Position numbers and translations under genes: made by a program. Of a DNA stretch of 64,000 nt, positions 26,901 through 38,535 are shown in pieces. Every line of letters starts with the position of its first letter. Within the stretch, counting starts at the first letter, position 1. A model generated the notes under the pieces. It was not told the DNA's origin, did not search any database, and saw nothing but the letters and a program-made list of their open reading frames with translations. This DNA comes from Octopus sinensis (lineage: Eukaryota), in the NCBI RefSeq assembly GCF_006345805.1, contig NC_043005.1, positions 90,644,001 to 90,708,000 on the forward strand, written 5' to 3'.

Positions 26901-27366
26901 TGTGATATTTAATCTCAAGCCAACACTGACCAAGTAGGCCAATGCTCAAAGACACTGTGGCTGCCACTAATCCACCTTGGACTACATTCTTTAATGTGAC
27001 ATTTCCATATAACAGTGGGGATGTGTGTGATGTGAGAGACAATTGTTTGCTGTCTCTTTTACATCAAGTCACTGCGGTTTCTTTTCCTGCAACCTCCAAC
27101 CAACAAGTATTATTCGAGAGCAACATTAATCGCCTTGATCCCACTGAGAACCGTCCATGGAGATGGTCATATCCTTTCCTCCCATAGGAAATGAAACGTT
27201 AAAAAAAAGAAAAAAAGATCAAGTGAAAATCCTACTGGTTCGGCTTTACCTCATATTGTTGTCTCTGCTAGTTAAAGTACCAGTAATACGCTGAGGTTGA
27301 TTCTAATACTTATAACCATTCTGTCTTCTGAGAAAGAGGTGATAAAATATCTATCTATCTATCTAA

Positions 27367-28728
27367 TGGGCCGAGAGGAAACTGTCCCTAAAAGGTCGGG
27401 CGGAGGTGGCGAACGCGTACATCGCGTCCGTCATCAACTACCGCCTGACCGTCTTGTCCCGACCCCACCGTCACCAAACTGGAACGCATCCTCTTCCGCT
27501 TCTTGTAGAAAGGAAACGTTCTGATGGTCAGGCGATCAGTTTGCTGTCAACACCCGCTGAAAGGAGGGCTGGGCATGCTGTGGTTGATGATGCGCAGACA
27601 CGCGCTGAGACTGCGACATCTCAGGCTCTACGTAGACGACGGCAAGCAGGTGTGGTCGCTGTTTGTGCAGTGCGCTTTCCCGCAACTCGTGTCCATGACC
27701 GAGCTGCAATCGTGGATCAAAAAGAGGCCGAGGTAGGGCGAATGGCACCGCGAGTGTCGTGTTGCTCTCCAGCAACTTTGCTGTCCTGGGTCGAACTTGA
27801 GCGACTGTATCACCACGAAAGCATTTTATAGGGGTTTAGTAGAGGGGAGGTACGACGACGATCTCGGGGCGAACATGGGCGTCGATGAGGAATACCTGAC
27901 CCTCCTGTTCAGGACAATTTTCGGGCCGGGACCTATGGACAATTTCCAGAGATCCCTGGCCTGGCAGTGCTTATCGAGAAGCGCTACCCGTTCGGGATAA
28001 GCTCTATAGACATGGTTCGAGAAACCTGCCCGTGATGCGGTCAGAGCGACGAAACCGTTCTGCACGCACTCGTGCAGTGTCCAACCATTTCCGACCTGTG
28101 GGCTTATGTCGAACGACTGCCGTCACATGTGGGACGAGTCGGTTTATCAGCCGAGTCTATCGTCAATATCGTCACACCTCCTTCCCTCAAACGGGAAGGA
28201 AGAGCTATTTTCATAATACTTGTAGTTATGGCGAAATAATGTATCTGGTGAACGCGTCTGAAAGGATTGGAGACAAACACTTTCCTCTCTGGTCAATCTC
28301 TCATCAACTTCTTCAAGTATCACCTGAAAAGGAAAGTGAGAGTAGAGAGGCAAGTTTTGTCTAGCGAATGTTTCAAAAAAAGATGGGTAAATGTAGCAAG
28401 GATGGCACGTATGAATGACGAAGCCACCTTGAGCATGATCCTATGAACCGTAAAAAAATTTAATACAGAGAGTTACTTATTTGTAAATAAATGTTAATAT
28501 GTAACTTAATTGCCCGAGGTTACAGTGGTCTTTTCGTAGGTTTTTCTTTCCACAGATAAACCTCCCCATTTCTTGGGAACTTTTTGTACTATTTCGACAT
28601 TTTTTGCATATATCCCCAACGATTTCTATCCATTTTGATCGTTGTCCCTATTTTCCCCCCCCCCCCCCGAAAAGAAAAAACTACATTGTAATTGTCCCCT
28701 CTGTGTTTAGCCCTGTGTGGCCAATAAA

Positions 28729-28730
<2 letters not shown>
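27367..28730 (+). mobile_element. L1/Tx1-clade LINE, 5'-truncated and decayed
   Basis: WAERKLSLKGRAEVANAYIASVINYRLTVL..KLERILFRFL..VRRSVCCQHPLKGGLGM (post-RT region of L1/Tx1), then TCP*CGQSDETVLHALVQCP (zf-RVT CCHC finger). The 3' UTR ends ttgtcccctctgtgtttagccctgtgtggccaataaa. Confidence 0.8.
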
Positions 28731-28771
<41 letters not shown>

Positions 28772-28989
28772 CTATCTTTTCTTTGTCTTCATCTCCCCCT
28801 CTCTCTTCCTATAAATTTATGTTTGTGTAGATATACATACACACGCATATCTGTACATACTTATACAATCCCCCTTCCCTTTCCTCCAACTGTCTCCCTC
28901 TCCTATTTCTCTACCCATCTCTTTCTTTCTCTGTCGTCTGTCTTTGTGTCTGTTTCTCTCTCTCTCTTATTCTTTTCCCCCTCTCTCTA

Positions 28990-31385
28990 GGTATATTCAG
29001 CAAAGACGTCGCGAAATTGGAGAATCAGACTGCAACTATTTCTGCGAGTCTGGAAAATCGCAGATGTAGACCCTGCAAACATCATTGTGGCAGCACTAAA
29101 CAGTAATGGCTTCCCCTGATCTGCGGCCCAGGTAAAGCTGAAGAAACTAGAATTACTTCGTTTCTATGACCCCATTAGAACACGCATCAGCGGCCTGGAT
29201 GCCCTTCTGGGAAATGATTGCAGCAAAGATGACAATAAAGATGGGAAAAGTGAAAAGGAAAAGAGAGGTTTCCCGTGTTTAGCAGACCCTCAAAACAACA
29301 AAGCCGGAGCCACGACTGAGAGGCTTGCTAACGAAGAAAACATTGATACTGGCCCTGTCCCCACCATTGTAGAGAGTCAAAGAGATGAAAGGGCTGAAAA
29401 AAAAGAAGAAAACAAAAGCTCCCGGAAACAACGAAGAGCAAGGAGTTAGAGGAGAAGAAAAAGAAGAAAAAGAAGAAAAAACTTTGGAGCAAAGCAAAGA
29501 CCTCCAACAACGTGAGCAAAAGAAACAGGAGGTACAAAGCAAAAGTAGAAACATATGTAGGTAGATTTTAGTGGTAAGGAAACTGTTGGCATGGAAACAA
29601 TGGGTAAAACTGACGTTTTGCACATCAGAAGACCTGCATAAACCGCAAGGGCCTAAATCAGAACTCCTTTCCAGGGGAAGGACAAATGAAAGAGAGGCAC
29701 CAAAGAAGGAAAAATTTCGCACAGTCTACTCCCTAAAAGACGATATGCAGACATAGGGCATGCTACTCCAAACAACCAGCCTCATCCAGATGTGAAAAGA
29801 GCAGCAGCTGAGCAAAAATCTGTTTGTGCGTGACACAAAAACTTGTGCAGCAGCTGACCTGGTTACGTCAAGCACACAGACTTGGAACCACATCCACCAT
29901 CGCATGAGGCCACCACAGTCGACAGATACAGGATGGCCACCACTAACGCCAACACAGGCGTCACACTAATATTTCCATGAAACAACAAAACAAAAATCTC
30001 TTTCCTGGGAGAACTAGCCGCATGCTATCAAGTTCTATTACAGCACTTGTGGAAACGCATCTTGGACCTGTTGTAGGAGATGCAGAAGTACACATGCCAA
30101 AATATGTTGTAATACGAACGGACAGAAAAGAGAGGGGCCACGGTGCAGTTGTAGTGTATATCTGATGGGATATCACGCCCTACGTCCTGTATCATATTCA
30201 AATTCAGTATGTGACACTCAAATTGTACACATAAGACAACTTAATATTGTTATATATATATTACATATCGCCCACTAGATGCTCCAAATCACATAGGCAA
30301 GATTGAAGACTGCCTCGCAAAAATAAAAGTTCTCACCAAACTGGAGCACACACATCAGTGCATTCCTTTTGGGTGACTTTAACTTCCCCAATGACGGATA
30401 GCCCAAGAATGACACACACTCAACAAGCACAGGTGGAGGTCCTGCTTAACCTTACTGATGCTTAAGTCATGGAGCAAATTGTGCTTCAACCAATCAAAGC
30501 AAATAATATACTGGATCTCTACTTTACAAACAATATGGATATCATCCATAATGCGAAAATGACATTGACACTAGTCTCGGATCACAATATAATAAATCTG
30601 TCTATGTATGGACCAAAAGCTGTTGCCAACATACAACCAATACGGAACACCAGAAATCTCTCCAGTCTGAACTTTCATAAGGCAAATTGGAAATCGATCC
30701 GGAAAGGGATCCTCTAACTGGATTGGCCTAAATGTCTCTCCACACCAGACATTCGTATGAAGCTTAAGCATTTCATGTCCGTAATGCAAGCCATGTAATG
30801 CAATCTGTCACAGAGCCCAAGGTCAACACACACGAGAACAAGATTCCTAAGGAGAGGGAATTTTTTTATGAGATGATGGATAGAGATTGCAAACCACCTG
30901 AACGAACATCTCAAAAGTAATGAAAAGTCCCGCCTGCAAACAACACTGATGGAGATGGAAAAAAGTCTGTATCATTCCCATGGAAAAGAGAGCAGACAAG
31001 AAGGCTTGGGCAATAAAAAATATTGAGTGAAACCCTAAGGTTTTCTTTAACTTTGCCAAAGAAGCGACCTCAGAACGCTACAAGATAGGGTCCCACCTCC
31101 AAAAGGACAGTTCCCTCACAGAAAACCCAATGAAGATAAGTGAAATTCTGAGCGAAGAGTTCAAAAGTGTTTCTACTACTCTTTTAGGATGCAAGAAGTG
31201 AACACACCAGCGGAGTTCTTTGCCATTTCTCCTGAAACCAAGGCGGCGATAATAATTGATTACATCGACATTAAAAGAACATGTAATGCTGACCATAGAT
31301 GAGGTAGAAGCAAAATCAGCCGCTGGCCCTGATGGATTCCCAGCAATCCTTCTCAAATCATGCAAACGAGCCCTTGCAAAACGAC
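28990..31385 (+). mobile_element. CR1/L2-group LINE remnant (ORF1 CCCH finger, APE endonuclease, start of RT)
   Basis: A degenerate ICR..CWHGNNG..RFAHQKTC finger lies at ~29550. Endonuclease motifs are ALVETHL..DAEVHMPKYVVIRTDRKERGHG and NNILDLYFTNN..SDHNII. The pre-RT motif KSAAGPDGFPAILLKSCK is at ~31315-31370. Many stops are present. Confidence 0.8.
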
Positions 31386-31552
31386 TGCTAATACGAACGT
31401 ATGGAAGTTCTAACTGAATTTTATGAACATTAAAAAATATTTGTTTTTAATGTTTAACACACTTCAACATAGTAAAAAAAATGTTTTTCAAGTACAATAA
31501 TAAAAAACGAGAAAACCAGACCATTTATTAACTTTATTCAACTGATATATAT

Positions 31553-31777
31553 CTTTATTGGGTTTTCTGTCCTTTTGGAGGTGGGACCCTATCTTGTAGC
31601 GTTCTGAGGTCGCTTCTTTGGCAAAGTTAAAGAAAGCCTTAGGGTTTCACTCAATATTTTTTATTGCCCAAGCCTTCTTGTCTGCTCTCTTTTCCATGGG
31701 AATGATACAGACTTTTTCCCATCTCCATCAGTGTTGTTTGCAGGCGGGACTTTTCATTACTTTTGAGATGTTCGTTC
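31553..31777 (-). repeat. Near-identical inverted copy of 30900-31135 (part of the adjacent LINE)
   Basis: The reverse complement of 31553-31777 reproduces aacgaacatctcaaaagtaatg...ggtcccacctccaaaaggacag with only a few substitutions and a 9-nt deletion. Confidence 0.9.
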
Positions 31778-31887
31778 TCTAATTTAATATAATATAATAC
31801 AATATATTTATACTATAAAATTGGATTTAATCCTAAATCTGATTTTTCCCTGTAAGTTTGGATTTATTCCCTAATATTTTATTATTA

Positions 31888-31925
<38 letters not shown>

Positions 31926-32574
31926 AAATGTGCGAGATCCTTGGTACAGTTTGGTATATTTGAAAAAAGAAAAAGAATGACTTCACTGGGCGTTCTAATC
32001 AGTTTTTAATTTTTTAGGAAAATAAATTTTATAAAGTGCAAACTTCATATTACGAAAAAATTTTTAAAATAATAAATTAAACTGATTAGAATTATCAGTG
32101 AAGTCAATCGTTTTCTTTTTTCAAATACATATATATTTGTGTGTGTGTGTGTGTGTGTGTACATACATGTTATACACACACACACACACACACACACATA
32201 GTTTCCCTCTACCAATTAACTCACAAAGCATTGGTCGGGTGGGGCTATAGTGAAAGAAACGAGTCCAAGGAGCCGCGCAATGGAAGGGAACGCGAAACTC
32301 CTGAAGGATTTAGTCGAAAATAAATCTCCCCTACAACTTAATTTTTAAGTCTGTTACTTATTGCGTTGGCCTGTTTAGCCAATACACTAAGTTAATGGGG
32401 ACTTACAAAAGGTAACCCCAGTTAGGAAGCGGTGTTGCGGAGGTGTACCAACCACAAAGTTCCGGGTTCAGTCCCATTGCGTGGAGCTTTGGGAAAGTGT
32501 TTTCTTTTAGGATCTTGAGCCGACCAAAGCCTTGTGAGTGGATTCGGTAGACGGAAACTGAAAGAAGCCTGTTG

Positions 32575-32648
<74 letters not shown>

Positions 32649-32754
32649 AGTAATCCCTCGCCATATCGCGGATTTTTCTGGCTAAAAGAAGTAAATTTAT
32701 ATCACAGACTCCTCAGTATATCATGGCTTTCTGAGGCCAATAGGTGTTTATATT

Positions 32755-32829
<75 letters not shown>

Positions 32830-33167
32830 TGTGTGTGAGAGAGAGAGAGAGAATGTGTTCTCCATTATCGCTTCACAACCAGTGGTGGTTTGTTTACGTT
32901 CCCGCAACTTAGCAGCTTGGCAAAAAGGACTAAAGTATATATATATATATATATACTTTCTTTGGTTTCACGCTCTGGAATAGCCAGTTCTTTGAAGCAA
33001 CTAGATTTGTTATGTATGTAAACAGATTGGCTACTTATTACTCGGAGATTGATCGGATGATGTTGACACCTCTGGTGAGAAGCCAATAAGGTTCGAGAAT
33101 CGATTAAGGCTGCTCATCGATTTTTCATCTTACGGAGGAATATTTGAATTTACTATGTTTGTATGTC

Positions 33168-33276
<109 letters not shown>

Positions 33277-33573
33277 TGTATTATGTATGTATGTATGTAT
33301 GTATGTATGTATGTATGTATGTATGTATGTGTGTATATATATACTATATGTGTATGTGTATCATCTTTTACTTGTTTCGGTCTTTAGACTGCGGCCATGC
33401 TGGGGCATCACAGTGAAGAATTTTTAGTCGAACAAATTGACCCCAGGACCCTTTTTAGGCCTAGTACTTATTCTATCAGTCCTTTTTGCCAAGCTGCTAA
33501 GTTGCGGGAACGTAAACAAACCACCACTGGTTGTGAAGCGATAATGGAGAACACATTCTCTCTCTCTCACACA

Positions 33574-33605
<32 letters not shown>

Positions 33606-33607
<2 letters not shown>

Positions 33608-35158
33608 GGGTCAGTAGGAACAAGTGTATTGAAATATTTATTATAGAAGATTAACAACATGTTAAGACTAGATATTTCGTACATATTTAAATATATCTAA
33701 TATCTATCTTTCGTGGAAATTTCAAGCGAATGGAATAAATATTTCGTAAGTTATAAGGAAATAAACAGTCTTCCAAATTGCAGCGGCCAAAAGTTAAGTG
33801 TCACTTAGAGAGAATGAACTATTAACCGAGGTGTTTGTTGTTTAGAAAATTGTTAATGGGCTAACAGCTACTTCTTATGATCTTACATTATTGGAACATT
33901 CAACTGTCAACATGGTGGCTTGTGAGAGACGACCAGCGTCTTGTGATAAAAAAAACCCAAAGATTGTGTGCCTTCATTAAGAGGGCAAGTCAAATTCTGT
34001 GATAACAACTACTGTAGGAAGGTCTAGGAGTGTTGAGCAACGAATTGTAGCTCGTTTTAAGTCATCAGAATCGGCAGATGCTAAACCCCAAACCGGTAGA
34101 CCTCGTAAGACTTCACCAAGACAGGATCATATTATGGTTTGAACGTCACTGAAGGATAGGTTTAAGAGTGCTGCTGTGATATCCCGTGAGTTTAGCTCCA
34201 CTTCCGATGTCAACGTATTGCGCAAAACAGTTTCTCGGAGGTTACAAGGTTCTGGGTTGCTTGCTTGGGCACCGGCAAAGAAACCTCTGATCTCCAAGAA
34301 GAATCAAAGAGCCCGTCTTCGTTTCGCTCACGAACATGTCGTATGGAGAAGGTTCATTTTAGCGATGAACCGAAGTTTAATGTAATTGGTTCCAATGGCG
34401 GAATGTACGTCCGACGAGGAAGTGGTGAATGGTTATCTCGCGCATGTGTGAAGAAGACAATGAAATATGGGGGAGGCAGTGTAATGGTATGGTGAGTGAT
34501 CTCTGCTGCTGCTGGTCCTGGTCCACTTATTCGCCTAAAAGGGACTGACAATGCTGAAATCTACAAGCAGATTCTTAGACAGCATGCCCTTCCACATCTC
34601 CGATCCTCGTCAATTCAACCTCCTATCTTCGTGCAGAACAACGTTCCCTGTTAAACAGCGAAAGATTTTTTGAGTGAAGGGGGTGATCTCATGGACTGGC
34701 CACCCCAAAGGCCCGATCTCAACCCTGTAGAAAACGTTTGGAAAATTAATGGAGATGAGGCGCTAAGGAGAAATCCAAAGAACCAAATTGAACTCTGGGA
34801 ATTATTGAGAAACGAATGGAACATCATTTTGCAAGAAATTTATTCGGTCCTGTGGTAACAGATGTCAGGACGTCATTGATAGTAAAGGGATGTCCTCAAA
34901 ATATCAATAGTAAGGGTTTCTTTTTTGTTCTTGTTCCATTTTTTATTATTTTTCTGAGTGACCCTTAACTTTTGACCGTTGCATATTGGAAGATTATTTG
35001 TTTATTTCCTCTTAACTTACGAAATATTTATTCCATTCGCTTGAAATTTTCACGAAAGATAGATATTAGATTATCTAAATATGTACAAAATATCTAGTCT
35101 TAACGTTTTGTCAATTATCTATAATAAATATTTCAATACACTTGTTTTTACTAGCCCT
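33606..35158 (+). mobile_element. Tc1-family DNA transposon, near full length, long TIRs, inactive transposase
   Basis: ~205-bp inverted repeats at 33606-~33812 and ~34950-35158 (cagggtcagtaggaacaagtgtattgaaatattt.. / ..aaatatttcaatacacttgtttttactagccct). Transposase motifs are GRPRKTS, KKPLISKKNQRARLRFA, VHFSDEPKFN, KYGGGSVMVW and WPPQRPDLNPVENVW. Stops and frameshifts are present. Confidence 0.9.
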
Positions 35159-35171
35159 TATATCATGGCCG

Positions 35172-35237
<66 letters not shown>

Positions 35238-35309
35238 TAGATAGAGAGAGAGAGAGAGACCAAAGTGTACGTACGCTGATAGATATATATAGATAGATAT
35301 ATATAATAT

Positions 35310-35340
<31 letters not shown>

Positions 35341-35341
<1 letters not shown>

Positions 35342-35556
35342 ATACAAAACGGGACAAGAACGCAAAACATCCGGACAGTTAGGTGATACAAAAATGAGAC
35401 AACAAAACATCCAGGTAGACGATACAAAGAAAACAAGGACGGGTCATTCGAAGTTTTCTTTCCTCAGTCAAGTACCAGATTATCTTCGCAATTTCGAGTA
35501 TCATCAGCCGATGTCCGGATGTCCGGATGTTTTGCGTTCTTGTCCCATTTTGTATT
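35341..35556. mobile_element. 216-bp element with 37-bp terminal inverted repeats (MITE-like)
   Basis: 35341-35377 aatacaaaacgggacaagaacgcaaaacatccggaca matches the reverse complement of 35520-35556 at 36/37 positions. It lies between (TA)n and (CA)n tracts. Confidence 0.75.
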
Positions 35557-35800
35557 ACACACACACACACATATATATATATAAAAGACGAACTTCCGTA
35601 CAATTTCTGTCACCCAAATTCACTCACAAGGCATTGGCTAGTCTGGAGCAATTGTAGACGAAATGCTCAAGATGGCGCGCAATGGGACTGAACCACGTGG
35701 TCGCAAAGTGAGTTTCTTAACCACACACTGATACCTGCTGCTATATATATTTTTATTTTGCTTTTCATTTCGTTTCATTTTTGTTTTTCATTTTGCAGCC

Positions 35801-35861
35801 ATGAAACCCTTGGGTATCTTAATATTACTAACCCTCGGGGTTTATGTTGAAGGTAGAGGGC
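35801..35861 (+). CDS. First coding exon (signal peptide) of an unnamed secreted acidic repeat polyprotein
   Basis: Strong acceptor tttttcattttgcag/CC, then ATG at 35801. It encodes MKPLGILILLTLGVYVEGRG: basic n-region, hydrophobic core and a V-E-G cleavage motif. A consensus donor C/GTAAGT follows at 35862 in phase 1, compatible with the exon at 36748. Confidence 0.78.
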
Positions 35862-35937
35862 GTAAGTATTCAAATATTTACTGTAATTGTCACGTACCCA
35901 CGTTACACAACACACAGTCACACTAGAAAACTGGTTG

Positions 35938-36009
<72 letters not shown>

Positions 36010-36309
36010 ACTGTTGCTGTTGTCGTCTTCTTCTTCTTGTTCTTCTTCTTCCAATCAGGACTCACGCCATTAGTCACAAAGAATAATCTCTAATTCGAGC
36101 CTACTCTAAGCTACCAAGAATGCGTGTGGACACTTGAAGATCCACCCACCACACGCAATAGACTGGCGGTTGCACGGGCGCGAAAGCTACGTTATCCTTT
36201 TTCCGTAAACGGTGGCTTTTAACGGGTGGAGAGCTGAACCATCCTGGGGTACAGAGGATTCGCAATCTAGACTAGGATCTGAAAGTTTTACCACACCATA
36301 GTGGGTTAC

Positions 36310-36515
36310 ACTATGGTTCCTCTGCTTTGTGGCAGAAGTAGGAAGAAAGAGTGAGAGAAAGTTGTGGTGAAAGAGTACAGCAGGTTCACCACTACACCCC
36401 GCCAGAGCCTCGTGAAGCTTAGGTGTTTTTGCTCAATAAACACTCACAATGCCCGGTCTGGGAATCGAAACCGCGTTCTTACGACCGCGAGTCCGCTGCC
36501 CTAACCACTGGGTCA
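36310..36515 (-). mobile_element. tRNA-derived SINE, family 3 (intronic)
   Basis: Reverse complement matches the head and body of the copy at 45889 (cagtggttagggcagcggactcgcggtcg..ggtttcgattcccagaccgggc..caactttctctcactctttc). Confidence 0.7.
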
Positions 36516-36747
36516 TTGTACCTCCTTTGCTGCTGTTGCGGCTGCTGTTACTACTACGGTGACACAGACGAAATGCAATTGACTAGTACTTACATTAGTA
36601 CATAACAACACAATTTATTTCATACGTCCATTGGTTATTATGAGAGTAAATAGTGCAAACAAAATATGTAAAAATATAAATAGTCCCCCTTTCCAAAATC
36701 AGAAAACAGTTTTCATAAAATTTTTATGGAACTTTGTTTATTTGCAG

Positions 36748-36873
36748 TGTGTAAAGGTACCAGTAAGTGTCATTTGAAAAATGAATCATATATTGAAGAA
36801 ACGAATGGTCGTTGTTTCCGTGTGACTTGCAAGAATACGGATGAGGGCACTGTGGAGGAATGTGTTCTTGTAG
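36748..36873 (+). CDS. Second coding exon: cysteine-rich module of the secreted polyprotein
   Basis: Acceptor tttatttgcag/, donor GTAG/GTAAGT, 126 nt, phase 1-1, no stops. It encodes (L)CKGTSKCHLKNESYIEETNGRCFRVTCKNTDEGTVEECVLV(E). A sixth Cys is the first full codon of the next exon. Confidence 0.82.
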
Positions 36874-37812
36874 GTAAGTACAGAAACATCTGCTGTTATG
36901 AATATAAGTTTAATTGTTAAAATTCACGCCGCTCATCTATTTGAGTTAGTTCTCTTAATTCATTTGTTTAAACATACAAATTTGTCTCGCTAAAAAATAT
37001 TCATAATTTGTTTTTAATGTGGAAAATTGTAGCCCTCGATTTGCAAGTTTTGTGATACTATACTACACTGAGGAGGTCTAAAAATACGAAACATGTGTCC
37101 ATAGTTGTCTCTTGCACGCGAACAATGAACCCTGTCCTTTACTCTAAATATGTAAATTTGAAAATTTAAATCTTAATTTCTTAAGATAACATCTCCTTCC
37201 CTGCGCTTAGCGAAGGCAGATACCGACAGCTGACCTCAATGATACAAGGGCATTGACATCACCACCAGAGCCAGGCCGAAACTGAGATTTCTCCCTACAA
37301 TGTATAATACGAGGTGGAAGTTGTCATAAATTTAGCTTTCCAAGGCCGCATAAGTTTAAGTGGAAAAAAGGCACTATCTTTGCGAATATCTTCGAAAACA
37401 AATTTCTAACGTTGCATTTATTAGTTATAAATGTGAAATCCATTACAGCGCCCCTCATCCTACCATTGCTCTCTTTCCTCAGCAGCATCAATTTTCCTCA
37501 GTTTGGGATTTCTTGTTTGTTGTTCAAGAGTAGCATGATAGTTGTGAGCCAAATGTAAATTTGGCATTCTTTAAGGAGTCACTAAGGGAAAAAAATATTA
37601 CGAAGCCCTTTATTTAAGAATGTGACTCAAATATTCCTCGCCTTCGTCTCCCACCGTAATTTGCATCAGACATTCGAGGCATGTATTGAAGCCTTTTGTC
37701 TCTTGGTAGATGGGAGTACTATATGTATGTCATTATTTAGTTTTATTTCAAGATTTCTTGCCAATAGAGAAAGAGCCTAGATCCAAAGCTCCTTCATTGG
37801 AAGTTAAACAGG

Positions 37813-37843
<31 letters not shown>

Positions 37844-38244
37844 TGTATGTATGTATGTATGTATAGTATGAGAAAAGGAATTCAGGAAATCCAGGCGTCT
37901 ATCTCAGTCAGTATTCCGTACGAAATCCCGGCCAACAGGATGCATAAAGAGGAAAAACCGCCCAGTTAATCTAAACATATTCTATACAAACTGAACATTC
38001 GCGAAATGTATCGATTATAAAATAGTTCATCCAACACAGAATATAAAATAAAACAGTGAAAAGAATAAAGAAGGCGGTATTGCATTTACCAACCAGTTAC
38101 GACCGTTTCAATAACTAGTGAATTGTTACAACGTATATCTCTCTGTCTGTAAATCGATTAATGAACCAATCATTCAATAATCTATCTATCCATCCACACA
38201 TCCGTCCGTCCGCCCGTCTGTCCATCCATTCATCCGTCCGTCGG

Positions 38245-38300
<56 letters not shown>

Positions 38301-38330
38301 CCTACCTACCTACCTACCTACCTACCTACA

Positions 38331-38370
<40 letters not shown>

Positions 38371-38422
38371 AATCAATCAATCAATCCATCCATCCATCCA
38401 TCCATCCATCCATCCATCCATC

Positions 38423-38506
<84 letters not shown>

Positions 38507-38535
38507 CTACACATTATGTTAATAATATCTTACAG

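Noticed and set aside
26900-27190. Possible piggyBac transposase fragment on the minus strand
   Set aside because: The resemblance is only vague, with no catalytic motif, TTAA sites or TIRs.
35852-35858. Alternative donor GAAG/GTAGAG in the signal exon
   Set aside because: It is also phase 1 and cannot be excluded, but it is a weaker match than GTAAGT at 35862 and would remove the Gly at the predicted cleavage site.
36726-36920. ORF-track starts at 36726 (ATG) and 38661 (TTG) as real initiation sites
   Set aside because: 36726 lies in the pyrimidine tract upstream of the acceptor at 36747, and 38661 is an internal Leu codon. The spliced model explains both better.
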